From UHGV virus genome UHGV-1698770: DNA of 18,856 nt; one strand, given 5' to 3'. The stretch comes from a virus. Position 1 is the stretch's first letter; each line of letters starts with the position of its first letter. The notes under the pieces are model-generated. The model saw nothing but the letters and a program-made list of their open reading frames with translations. It did no database searches and was not told where the DNA came from. Both the position numbers and the translations under genes were made by a program. Shown one piece after another: positions 1 to 7,877 of this stretch.

Positions 1-58
1 TCGAACCTGCCGATACCATGCTAATGAGACATGTGAGACGCCCTTTCTCTATACCCGC
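1..58 (-). tRNA. partial tRNA, 3' part cut by window edge; probable anticodon CAU (Met or Ile2 type)
   Basis: Minus strand reads GCGGGTA-TA-GAGA..TCTC (D arm) - CATGT/CTCATTA/GCATG (anticodon arm) - ..GCAGGTTCGA (T arm start) and runs off the window. Position 37 is U, which is unusual, so isotype is uncertain. Confidence 0.45.
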
Positions 59-150
59 AATTCTTAATGACCAGACCAAATCTCTTCTTTGTCCGATTTA
101 CCTTCAGATGAATAAGATTAAGTTTGCTGTAATTGGTCTTCTGTCAAAAC

Positions 151-228
151 TGGCGTTCCAGAAGGGATTTGAACCCTCAGATGTCCACTTTGAAAGAGTG
201 GTGACTTTACCATTTTGTCTACTGGAAC
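151..228 (-). tRNA. tRNA-Glu (anticodon UUC), CCA encoded
   Basis: Minus strand: acceptor GTTCCAG/CTGGAAC, anticodon stem CCACT/AGTGG with loop CTTTCAA (U33, UUC, A37), T arm GAGGG-TTCAAAT-CCCTT, discriminator G then CCA. Confidence 0.8.
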
Positions 229-235
229 ATTAATT

Positions 236-312
236 TGGTCTCTGTTGGAGGACTTGAACCTCCGGCCTTACCGCCCCAAACGGAACGCTCTACCAAGCTG
301 AGCTAAACAGAG
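236..312 (-). tRNA. tRNA-Pro (anticodon UGG), CCA encoded
   Basis: Minus strand: acceptor CTCTGTT/AACAGAG, D arm GCTC-AGCTTGGTA-GAGC, anticodon loop TTTGGGG (UGG), T arm GGAGG-TTCAAGT-CCTCC, discriminator A then CCA. Lies 7 nt upstream of tRNA-Glu. Confidence 0.8.
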
Positions 313-338
313 ATAAACTTTTCAAACTCTATGTAACC

Positions 339-368
339 ACTTTAACATTATTTTTTAGTGGTTGTCAA
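339..368 (-). promoter_or_regulatory. candidate promoter TTGACA-N18-TAAAGT upstream of tRNA-Pro
   Basis: Minus strand TTGACA (368..363), 18-nt spacer, TAAAGT (344..339). Overlaps a 7-bp inverted repeat AACCACT/AGTGGTT (335-361). Confidence 0.35.
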
Positions 369-430
369 GAACTTTTTTAAAATATTTTTCAGTATCTTAG
401 AAAAGCTCTCATTCCGTTTCTATGTAGAAC

Positions 431-459
431 ATATTAAAGGGTATTAAACACATTGTCAA
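431..459 (-). promoter_or_regulatory. sigma70-like promoter TTGACA-N17-TAATAT upstream of the tRNA cluster
   Basis: Minus strand TTGACA (459..454), 17-nt spacer, TAATAT (436..431). The -35 sits in the loop of an 8-bp inverted repeat AAGGGTAT/ATACCCTT (437-466) just downstream of the vWA gene stop. Confidence 0.5.
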
Positions 460-477
460 TACCCTTTTTAAAACTTT

Positions 478-1893
478 TTACCAGATATAACGGTCAATCA
501 TTACTGCTTTGAGCATTACGCTGATTGGGTCAAACTTCTCACCACCAAGCAGAGCTTTTAAAGTGGCTGGAGAGAAACCAGATACCATTGCTACACCGTT
601 ATCCTTAACAGACACTTCGCAAGTACCATTACGGTTTGCTAAGTACCAGAATACCAGTTGTGGCATTTCGTATCCAGCTTTTTTGTACTTACTCTGAATT
701 GCTTCAAAGTTTGTACGACCGTTAGCTCCATCAACCTGATTGAACTCCATATCGGAGAAGATGATAAGCTTACTTGGCATATCTTTCTGAGTCAAGTTGT
801 TTCTTTTGCCTGTCTCAAGAATGCGGTCAAAAGCTGCTTGTAAGTTAGTTGAGCCATATTCAACGTGTCGCATCACCTGACGATGACGGTTTCGTAAATC
901 ACCACTCAGTTCGATGAAGTGAGGGTTTGTTGAATAAACCATCAACTCATTCTTAAAGCAACCTGTATTGCGTTCTGCTACATACAAGGCAAGTGATACA
1001 CCAATATCCAGAGCAGTAATGGAGCCAAAATTCACCCAAGACATTGAACTTGATACATCAGACATACACAAGATGTTTTCACCTTCTGCCATCCAGTTTG
1101 GTAGTGCTTTCCACTGCTCATTAGCAACATCTGCATTACCATGCTTGACAGATTTAATCACATCGTATGGGTAAACAGCGCCAGCATTAATCTTAGCCTC
1201 ACCTTTTGATAAGGACTCAATGTAAGCTTTGTAACGTTCTCCATCCTTACGGTTAAACAGTTTTTGGTAACGTGCAGCAGCAAGTGAAGGAACCTTACTG
1301 TAGTCAATCTTGCCAAACTCATTAGCAGAGATTTTTTGCTCAACTGTATCAGATAGTGCAGATAACAGTGTGCGGTAATCTTTCTCGCTCAAGTTGGCAA
1401 ACTTGCAGAAACGTTTTACAAACTGCTTATGACGTGGTTTGACTCGTGGTAACCACTTAGCCGCCAAACCTGCTGTTGCAGGGTCTAGTAATGCTGCTTC
1501 TAAGTGTTTAAAGGCATCTGTCTCGAAACGAGTACCTACGAAGATTTTGAAGTCATCAAAACGACCAAGTTCTGCAATCTTATCCATAATGCGAAGAACC
1601 TGTGTAGGCTCTAAAACTTTATCTTCAATTGCTTGAAGCAAAACAGTTCTGAAGGCTTTACGCTCACCCATACCTTCTCGTATATCTCGCATATGCAGTA
1701 AAATACGAACTGCAACATCAACATCCTCACGCAAAGCTTTGTAGAACAAGTCTGGTAAGATTTCTACATTGCTACGGCTTGAACCAGCAGCTTTGTAAAA
1801 GTCTACAAGAGCAGACATTGATGAAGTATGGTTTACAGCACCATTTTCAGTTCGACCTGCATGAAGGTGCGCATGTTTAAATAATTCGCTCAT
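478..1893 (-). CDS. vWA domain-containing protein with large N-terminal helical region (Ro60/TROVE-like or DUF2828-like architecture, unverified)
   Basis: 471-aa ORF, ATG at 1893 with GAGAG-rich RBS. C-terminal third has vWA/MIDAS-type blocks (DVSSSM, YGSTNLQAAF, KLIIFSDMEF). N-terminal ~260 aa has no hydrophobic segment. Confidence 0.85.
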   Translation of the reverse strand: MSELFKHAHLHAGRTENGAVNHTSSMSALVDFYKAAGSSRSNVEILPDLFYKALREDVDVAVRILLHMRDIREGMGERKAFRTVLLQAIEDKVLEPTQVLRIMDKIAELGRFDDFKIFVGTRFETDAFKHLEAALLDPATAGLAAKWLPRVKPRHKQFVKRFCKFANLSEKDYRTLLSALSDTVEQKISANEFGKIDYSKVPSLAAARYQKLFNRKDGERYKAYIESLSKGEAKINAGAVYPYDVIKSVKHGNADVANEQWKALPNWMAEGENILCMSDVSSSMSWVNFGSITALDIGVSLALYVAERNTGCFKNELMVYSTNPHFIELSGDLRNRHRQVMRHVEYGSTNLQAAFDRILETGKRNNLTQKDMPSKLIIFSDMEFNQVDGANGRTNFEAIQSKYKKAGYEMPQLVFWYLANRNGTCEVSVKDNGVAMVSGFSPATLKALLGGEKFDPISVMLKAVMIDRYIW

Positions 1894-1932
1894 ATTTTAC
1901 TCTCTTCTCTCATTTGTTGTTTGATGTGACAG

Positions 1933-1962
1933 ACTTTAGAGCAACTTTGTAGAGTCTGTCAA
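1933..1962 (-). promoter_or_regulatory. candidate promoter TTGACA-N18-TAAAGT upstream of the vWA gene
   Basis: Minus strand TTGACA (1962..1957), 18-nt spacer, TAAAGT (1938..1933). Embedded in an 8-bp inverted repeat GACAGACT/AGTCTGTC (1928-1960). Confidence 0.4.
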
Positions 1963-1974
1963 CACCTTTTAAAA

Positions 1975-2346
1975 TTATTTTTTGAGGGTTGCAACAGCAG
2001 AGAACGTTGGTTTGTTATCTGTCTGAGACTGACCACCGTTATCAGGGGTCTTCTTAGTGTCTGCTGCAATTGCTTTCATCTCACCTGCTGAGTGAGTCAT
2101 GATGGTTTTACCAGCTTCCATCATCGACTTCAGGTTTACATCGTCAGTCGTCAAACCGAACTCTGCAAGCTTAGCAGCGTCCCTTGTAACAATCGCTTCA
2201 AACAACTTTGCAGCAAACTCAGCAGAATTATCAATGGTCAGTTGAGCTTTTACGAGAGAGCTTTTGTTACGTGAGCCTTTTGGTCTTCCAGATGGGTTTC
2301 CAGACTGGCCTTTTTTAAACTGGCCTTTGTTTGTTCTGTTTTTCAT
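1975..2346 (-). CDS. hypothetical protein with N-terminal GNPSGRPKG motif
   Basis: 123-aa ORF, ATG at 2346 with AAGAGG RBS 7 nt upstream. Lys/Ala-rich with basic N-terminus; motif resembles DUF5681-type phage proteins (from memory, unverified). Confidence 0.7.
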   Translation of the reverse strand: MKNRTNKGQFKKGQSGNPSGRPKGSRNKSSLVKAQLTIDNSAEFAAKLFEAIVTRDAAKLAEFGLTTDDVNLKSMMEAGKTIMTHSAGEMKAIAADTKKTPDNGGQSQTDNKPTFSAVATLKK

Positions 2347-2595
2347 TGGTATGCCTCTTATAAGACCTCTTAAAAGGCTTTTAAGATAAAAGATAGATAT
2401 CCAGAAAGATATCTGTTTAAATAGCCTTTTTAGAGGAACCTTTTAAGTTATCTTCTAAGTATTTATAAGCCTACACCTTGTCAAGTACTTTGTCAACAAC
2501 TTTTTTAACTTGCAATAGTTCTTGACTTGTTGTATGGATTACTGTACCATCTTACTTAAAGCTGTAGGTCTGCCTTGTTCTACAAAGGAGACTTA

Positions 2596-2757
2596 ATGAG
2601 AAAATCAAATAAACCGAAGAAAGGTAAGAATACCAATCACTGTAAGGAATCAAAAAGGGTAGAGTTAATCTACTATTCATCCTCTGAAATTGGTCTGTAC
2701 CTGTTCTTTCAAAATTACAGAAGACAAGAGGATTATCTATGTGTAGTTCCCAATTAG
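2596..2757 (+). CDS. small hypothetical protein (53 aa)
   Basis: ATG at 2596 with AAGGAG 5 nt upstream; the track start at 2575 has no RBS. First ORF after the divergent intergenic region. Confidence 0.35.
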   Translation: MRKSNKPKKGKNTNHCKESKRVELIYYSSSEIGLYLFFQNYRRQEDYLCVVPN

Positions 2758-2972
2758 AAATCGCAGATATTATAGATTTATATCAAACTGCAAAGAGTCA
2801 TGGCTATATAACCTCAATTGGAAAGAATAGTCACTATGATGCTTTGACTGGAATGTATTTCAGGGCAATGGCTCAATCTAGTGAACAACACTTAATGGTT
2901 TCTTCCAGTGAGTTTACTTCGTTTCTCTATTGCAGCAAAATTATAAATCGCAGGAGAACTGAAAAATGTTAA
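2739..2972 (+). CDS. hypothetical protein (77 aa)
   Basis: ATG preceded by GAGGA; overlaps the previous ORF by 19 nt and the next by 7 nt (coupled). Confidence 0.4.
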   Translation: MCSSQLEIADIIDLYQTAKSHGYITSIGKNSHYDALTGMYFRAMAQSSEQHLMVSSSEFTSFLYCSKIINRRRTEKC

Positions 2973-3556
2973 CAGTAAGTTTTAATTACAATAGTGATGG
3001 CTCTGTATCAATTAATTCACCATATGCAAATGACCTACTTAAAGAGCTAGTCAATCAGTGTGATAGAGGTCTTCACTATGTTCAAAATTCTTTTAAACAG
3101 AAGACTATTGCTAATAACTTGATGCGTGTAACAGTGACGCCATCGAATCCAAATTATGACTTTGATAGTGAAAGTCCGTACTCATTAGTTGCGCTTGGAG
3201 AGAGCAGCCAATTCAAACTTGTTTGCCACGACTCAGAAACATTCCTTAAGGTATTTTCCAACCTTATCCATAATAATAAGTACAGTTACGTTGATGGTAG
3301 TGTAAATTTCTATCCAGCAAACTATACATGTTTGTTGGTTGATAATATGAGAAAAAGTAAGCAAGAGCCTACGGAAATTTCATTTGATGTGAACTCTAGT
3401 CCAGACGCAGAAACAAGTAAGAACTTTGATATGAGTTACGCATTGTCACTCAGTAAGAAATCCGAGTTCATTGATTATGTCAATGGATTTGGTTTTAAGT
3501 TTGATGAGAGTATGAATCTTAAAAAACTTAAGAACCTACTTAAGACCAAAGCTTAA
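2966..3556 (+). CDS. hypothetical protein (196 aa)
   Basis: ATG at 2966 with AGGAGAA RBS; long ORF followed by a hairpin. Confidence 0.7.
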   Translation: MLTVSFNYNSDGSVSINSPYANDLLKELVNQCDRGLHYVQNSFKQKTIANNLMRVTVTPSNPNYDFDSESPYSLVALGESSQFKLVCHDSETFLKVFSNLIHNNKYSYVDGSVNFYPANYTCLLVDNMRKSKQEPTEISFDVNSSPDAETSKNFDMSYALSLSKKSEFIDYVNGFGFKFDESMNLKKLKNLLKTKA

Positions 3557-3564
3557 GTGTGAAT

Positions 3565-3590
3565 AGGGGCTGATGCCCCTTTAACTATTT
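3565..3590 (+). terminator. weak hairpin AGGGGC-tgat-GCCCCT followed by TT-rich tract
   Basis: 6-bp GC stem directly after the stop of 2966..3556; the T-run is interrupted. Confidence 0.35.
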
Positions 3591-3603
3591 ATAAGGATAT
3601 TTA

Positions 3604-3975
3604 ATGAAAGCTAAGAGTGCAAAAGACTTTTATTGCTTCCTACAATCCTATATCAATTCCGTGCAAAATGGTGAAAGGTACAACCTTAATGATGTTATCC
3701 CAACACCTTTGACATGGAGACTCAGTAAATGGCCTGAAGAAGATATTACACCAACAATCGAACAACGCACCTACAAACCCGAAATCAATATTCCAGACTC
3801 TGAGAATCTATTATATCCAATGTTCCATATTGTTGGTCTTGGAAGATTCCTTATGGATATCCAGTATGTAATTGGTAAAGGTTATAAGGTCAAAGGTATC
3901 GTTGTTGGTGATGTATCTCCGCATCACAAAGGTTATTTTAGACTAAACGCACATTTAGAGGCTAAAAAGAAATGA
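3604..3975 (+). CDS. hypothetical protein; stand-alone paralog of the N-terminal domain of the downstream Ig-repeat protein
   Basis: 123 aa, ATG with AAGGA RBS. Shares KAK..DF, WPE(E/A)DI, LLY and FLMD(I/L)QY blocks with residues 1-120 of 3972..5357 (about 30 percent identity by eye). Confidence 0.75.
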   Translation: MKAKSAKDFYCFLQSYINSVQNGERYNLNDVIPTPLTWRLSKWPEEDITPTIEQRTYKPEINIPDSENLLYPMFHIVGLGRFLMDIQYVIGKGYKVKGIVVGDVSPHHKGYFRLNAHLEAKKK

Positions 3976-5357
3976 TTAAAGCAAAGACTTACCCAGACTT
4001 CAAAGAGTTTGTAAAAGGTTTCGTTGCAAACGTAAAGGCTGGTAAGAGGTATGATTTTAGAACATATCAAGAAGCTATTTTACCACTTACCTATAGTTCG
4101 TATTGGCCTGAAGCTGATATTGCAGAAGTTAAGGAGTTTGATTACGAGCCAGACTATAAAGTTCCATTTAGTGATGAGTTGCTTTACAGCATTGGCGCTC
4201 AAATGAGAACTTCTGACTTCTTCATGGACTTACAATATGCAATTATCAATGGTAAAGACGTTGATACAGTTTATTGTGAATGGCTGGCAAGAGTTAAACC
4301 GTTCTCAATGTTGAATGCTAAGTTGAAGGATGCTATCAAGCCACCATCAATCACTCAGCAACCAACCAATCAAACAGTAAATGAAGGGGGTACACTTACC
4401 CTGAGCGTTATTGCAACTAATGCCACTGGATATCAATGGAAAAAGGGTGGTGAGGATATCACCAGCGCCACATCTGCAACCTACACAAAACAGTCTGTAG
4501 CACCCTCTGATGCTGGTTCTTATACTTGTGTTGTGTCTGGAGAGGCTGGGACAACTGTTACCTCAGATGCGGCAACAGTTACTGTCAACGCACTGCCTGT
4601 TATTACACAGCAACCTTCTAGCCAGACTATCAATGAGGGTGGAAACATCAGCTTGGGAGTGACTGCAACGGGTGCAACGGGTTACCAGTGGAAGAAAGAT
4701 GGCTCTGACATTCCTTCGGCTACAGAGGCTACCTATAGCAAGTCTGGTGCGCTGCCAGCAGATGCAGGTTCATACACTTGCGTTGTAACAGGTGCAGGTG
4801 GTTCTGTTACTTCTAGCCCTGCAACTGTCACAGTAAATGCTTTGCCAGTTATTACCAAGCAGCCAACAAATCAGGTAGTTAATGAGGGTAACTCTTTGAC
4901 ACTGAGTGTTGAGGCTACAGGTGCAGAAGGTTACCAATGGAAAAAGGACAATGTGAACATCCCTAGCGCAACTGGTGCGACTTACACGAAAGCTAACGCA
5001 GTTCCTGCCGATGCTGGTTCCTATACCTGTGTAGTTACTGGTGCAGGTGGTACAACAGCCACATCTAACGCAGCAACAGTTACTGTGAATGCACTTCCGG
5101 TAATCACTCAACAGCCAACCAATCAAGAAATCACTGAAGGTGAGACCTTAACGCTGAATGTTGTGGCAACAGGTGCGACAGGTTACCAGTGGAAGAAAGG
5201 TGAGGAAGACATCCTCGATGCAACTACTGCAACTTACACCAAAGAAGGTGCAACCACTGCTGATGCAGGAAACTACACTTGTGTAGTGACTGGCGCAGGT
5301 GGCTCTGTAACATCTAATGCGGCAACAGTTACAGTTAACCCAGCAGGGGAGGCATAA
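3972..5357 (+). CDS. Ig-like repeat protein: N-terminal domain plus four tandem ~83-aa Ig-like domains (Hoc-like decoration-type architecture)
   Basis: 461 aa. Four repeats of ITQQPTNQ..NEG..L.L.V.ATGA.GYQWKK.G..I..AT.ATYTK....DAGSYTCVVTGAGG..TS..ATVTVNALPV, with the W and Y-x-C signature of Ig folds. No signal peptide. Start overlaps upstream stop (ATGA). Confidence 0.9.
   Translation: MIKAKTYPDFKEFVKGFVANVKAGKRYDFRTYQEAILPLTYSSYWPEADIAEVKEFDYEPDYKVPFSDELLYSIGAQMRTSDFFMDLQYAIINGKDVDTVYCEWLARVKPFSMLNAKLKDAIKPPSITQQPTNQTVNEGGTLTLSVIATNATGYQWKKGGEDITSATSATYTKQSVAPSDAGSYTCVVSGEAGTTVTSDAATVTVNALPVITQQPSSQTINEGGNISLGVTATGATGYQWKKDGSDIPSATEATYSKSGALPADAGSYTCVVTGAGGSVTSSPATVTVNALPVITKQPTNQVVNEGNSLTLSVEATGAEGYQWKKDNVNIPSATGATYTKANAVPADAGSYTCVVTGAGGTTATSNAATVTVNALPVITQQPTNQEITEGETLTLNVVATGATGYQWKKGEEDILDATTATYTKEGATTADAGNYTCVVTGAGGSVTSNAATVTVNPAGEA
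4341..5340 (+). repeat. four tandem direct repeats of 249-252 bp encoding the Ig-like domains
   Basis: Repeat unit starts near 4344, 4596, 4845 and 5097; diverged but clearly alignable at nucleotide level; locally higher GC than surroundings. Confidence 0.85.
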
Positions 5358-5821
5358 TGCAACTCTCACAGAAAGGTTTAGAAGCTATTAAGTTCTTTGA
5401 AGGTCTTAAGCTAGAGGCTTACGAAGATTCTGCTGGAATCCCCACAATTGGGTATGGGACAATCCGTATTGCTGGCAAACCTGTTAAGATGGGTATGAAG
5501 ATTACCGCTGAACAAGCTGAACAGTATCTTCTCGCAGATGTTGAAAAGTTCGTTGCAGCAGTGAACAAAGTCATCAAGGTTCCAACTTCTCAGAACGAGT
5601 TTGATGCACTTGTAAGTGAAACATACAACATTGGCATCACGGCTATGCAGGACTCCACATTTATCAAGCGCCACAATGCTGGTAATAAGGTTGGTTGTGC
5701 AGAAGCTATGCAGTGGTGGAACAAGGTCACAGTCAAAGGTAAGAAGGTCACTTCAAACGGCCTGAAAAACAGACGTAGAATGGAAGCTGACATTTATCTT
5801 GACAGTGTATATCCAAAGTAA
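5357..5821 (+). CDS. lysozyme, glycoside hydrolase family 24 (T4-lysozyme-type endolysin)
   Basis: 154 aa. N-terminal FEGLKLEAYEDSAGIPTIGYGT carries the Glu, Asp and Thr catalytic positions of phage lysozymes; C-terminal NGLKNRRRMEADIY block. ATG overlaps the upstream TAA (TAATG) with GGGGAGG RBS. No N-terminal TM/SAR segment. Confidence 0.92.
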   Translation: MQLSQKGLEAIKFFEGLKLEAYEDSAGIPTIGYGTIRIAGKPVKMGMKITAEQAEQYLLADVEKFVAAVNKVIKVPTSQNEFDALVSETYNIGITAMQDSTFIKRHNAGNKVGCAEAMQWWNKVTVKGKKVTSNGLKNRRRMEADIYLDSVYPK

Positions 5822-5830
5822 TATCTTCAT

Positions 5831-5859
5831 AGGCTCCTTCGGGAGCCTTTTTTATTTTC
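5831..5859 (+). terminator. rho-independent terminator
   Basis: AGGCTCC-ttcg-GGAGCCT perfect 7-bp stem with tetraloop followed by TTTTTTATTTT, 10 nt after the lysozyme stop. Confidence 0.8.
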
Positions 5860-5872
5860 TAAGGAGAAAACC

Positions 5873-6271
5873 ATGAAACTTTGGGCTAGTGACTTTGGTA
5901 CTTTTAAGTACACCCGTAATGGCTCGCTTGTACGCATTGTCGGAAACAATGTGGTTTCAAGAGGTGACAAGGTATATACACGGTTTACTGTAGAGCTTGT
6001 TGAACTGTCACCTATTGAGTCTGTGAACAATGGCCTCTTCAAGTTTGAGACTTACAATGTCAATGAACATGGACAATTCAACCCTCTTGGTGAAAGTGGA
6101 CTTGATATTATTTCAGAACACCCATTGACAAAAGAGCAACTCGCAAGTTATTATAAAACTGTTCTTGAAAGGCAGTTAGCAACACATGAACAAGAAGCTA
6201 ACTACCATTTACAACATTGCGAAGCTTTAAGAGCAAAAATCGAACAAGCAGAGAGAGGTTTTTATGAATAA
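5873..6271 (+). CDS. hypothetical protein (132 aa)
   Basis: ATG with AAGGAGAAAACC RBS directly after the terminator. Confidence 0.7.
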   Translation: MKLWASDFGTFKYTRNGSLVRIVGNNVVSRGDKVYTRFTVELVELSPIESVNNGLFKFETYNVNEHGQFNPLGESGLDIISEHPLTKEQLASYYKTVLERQLATHEQEANYHLQHCEALRAKIEQAERGFYE

Positions 6272-6659
6272 TAACAGTCATATTCACGTTAAAGTTGATG
6301 TCAGTCGTTACAGCGAAAATGAAGAATTAGACCTGAAAGATGCTCTTCTCTTTGAGAAGAATGGTAACCTCCATTTGCATTTTGAAGGTACAAACACATA
6401 TCTCCACAGATGTCGAGATGATGCAGATGGTTGTCCTGTTTTTGCTTGGTATAATTTAGAGTTTCCTCTTTATGCAATCCACTACCCAGATGGTGGAGAA
6501 GACTGGACAACTCAGTCAATCTTTGATGAGCTTAATGGTGTTCCAGTTGAGCAAGAAGAGCAAGAGCCTGTTGAACTTACCTTCACTTTTATCAAAGAAG
6601 AGAAAGTAGGTGACTTGTCAGTAACTGAAGCAATTCAAGTCTCACAGGTTATTCGTTAA
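6264..6659 (+). CDS. hypothetical acidic protein (131 aa)
   Basis: ATG with GAGAGAGG RBS; overlaps the upstream ORF by 8 nt. Confidence 0.7.
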   Translation: MNNNSHIHVKVDVSRYSENEELDLKDALLFEKNGNLHLHFEGTNTYLHRCRDDADGCPVFAWYNLEFPLYAIHYPDGGEDWTTQSIFDELNGVPVEQEEQEPVELTFTFIKEEKVGDLSVTEAIQVSQVIR

Positions 6660-6952
6660 TGAGTAAAGTACAGGTTGTTTTCCCTATTTGTGACTTCTCA
6701 CTAGAGCGTGAACTTGACCTGTACGAAGAAATTACTGACGAGATTATCTGGTCTGTTGTAGAAGAGGCTATCAAGAAACTGTATGGTGGCCTCTTAAACC
6801 CATCAAGTAAAAAGCTCAATACTAAACAAGTAGCTGACCCATACGTTTCATATGATGCCTACAACAAACCTTTTGAGAATACCTGCTTTGACCTTATGGT
6901 AGGTAATAACAAAGTCAACTATTTCTTCGTCAGAGAGTTTAACGATGAGTAA
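6659..6952 (+). CDS. hypothetical acidic protein (97 aa)
   Basis: Start overlaps the upstream stop (TAATG); continuous ORF. Confidence 0.65.
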   Translation: MSKVQVVFPICDFSLERELDLYEEITDEIIWSVVEEAIKKLYGGLLNPSSKKLNTKQVADPYVSYDAYNKPFENTCFDLMVGNNKVNYFFVREFNDE

Positions 6953-7289
6953 GCTCCATGTCACAGTTTACAAAAACTTCTCAGATATCAAAGAGTCTTT
7001 AACAAATAAGCTTGACTTACAACGTAAAAGACTCTTTTTAATGTATGACATAGACAACTACAATCATCCTAAAGAGTTTAACTACAAAGATGGTACGAAG
7101 GTTGTTGAATTTGAAGATTCTGTAACGGTGTATGTCAAGCATGACTTACCAGCAAAGTACATAGGGATGTTAGAGTACTACATATTCAAACATACAGGTA
7201 TGCGTGGTGAAGCTGTTAAGATATCTTCTATAGAAGTTTTTGAGAAACCTAACACACAACTTAAAAAGTATTTAATGAGGAAACTGTAA
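6945..7289 (+). CDS. hypothetical protein (114 aa)
   Basis: ATG overlapping the 3' end of the upstream ORF by 8 nt. Confidence 0.65.
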   Translation: MSKLHVTVYKNFSDIKESLTNKLDLQRKRLFLMYDIDNYNHPKEFNYKDGTKVVEFEDSVTVYVKHDLPAKYIGMLEYYIFKHTGMRGEAVKISSIEVFEKPNTQLKKYLMRKL

Positions 7290-7870
7290 TGTCCGAAGAG
7301 CAACAGAATATTACCCCACAAGTAACATTAGTCCAACATTTTGGAAATATTGAAGGTTGTATTGCACTTTTTCAACCAAATATCAACTCTCCTGTAAAAG
7401 TTTGCAAGTTGACTATGAATGTCAACAATATCAGTGTTTGCCTTGTTGAAGAGGTTCAATATTTCAAGTTCAATGACAGAGAGGTTGATGCTGCACTATT
7501 GAAGTATCGAGCAAACCTCGAAAAAGATATTGACCACAAAGAACTTGTAACATTGTTTGGCGACCTTCACAAACTTCTTGAAAAAGTTATGAAGCGTACA
7601 TACTACATGAACAATGGTTCAATCATCACCACTTTGATTTCACCATGTATTTCAGAGCCAATTTTAACTGATGACGGTGGATACTACGTGGTGGCATCAG
7701 CAGATTCTGATTGGTGGATGAAGAACACGGCACTTAAGACGGTTATCGAGGCTATCCGTGAACATATCCCTTCATTCAGCCCGTGGAAAGGTAAAAGTGA
7801 TGACTTCATTGCACTATTGAGTGAAGAGAGTAACAAGCGCAGTGCATTGCTGCCTAAAAAATACTCTTGA
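7289..7870 (+). CDS. hypothetical protein (193 aa)
   Basis: ATG overlapping upstream stop (TAATG) with GAGGAA RBS. Confidence 0.7.
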   Translation: MSEEQQNITPQVTLVQHFGNIEGCIALFQPNINSPVKVCKLTMNVNNISVCLVEEVQYFKFNDREVDAALLKYRANLEKDIDHKELVTLFGDLHKLLEKVMKRTYYMNNGSIITTLISPCISEPILTDDGGYYVVASADSDWWMKNTALKTVIEAIREHIPSFSPWKGKSDDFIALLSEESNKRSALLPKKYS

Positions 7871-7877
7871 CCGAGTA

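Noticed and set aside
59-150. A fourth canonical tRNA in the spacer
   Set aside because: I could pair a 7-bp terminal stem but found no GTTC-type T-loop, no D arm and no CCA in register; kept only as a candidate non-tRNA small RNA.
18-233. 71-aa plus-strand ORF from the track
   Set aside because: It lies across two well-supported minus-strand tRNA genes and the spacer, has no RBS, and its reading frame is an artefact of the tRNA sequence.
509-1636. Plus-strand ORFs 509..697, 658..843, 968..1174, 1439..1636 and minus-strand ORF 1158..1343
   Set aside because: All are nested in other frames inside the 471-aa vWA gene, which has coherent domain motifs; none has a credible RBS.
4770-5369. Cys-rich antisense ORFs (4770..5126 and 5148..5369) opposite the Ig-repeat gene
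   Set aside because: They are reverse-strand readings of the GC-richer Ig repeats, have no RBS, and overlap a strongly supported gene; the Cys richness comes from reading GCA/ACA-rich codons backwards.
5873-6271. Holin adjacent to the lysozyme
   Set aside because: I looked for a small protein with transmembrane segments flanking the lysozyme; the neighbours have no hydrophobic helices, so no holin is called in this window.
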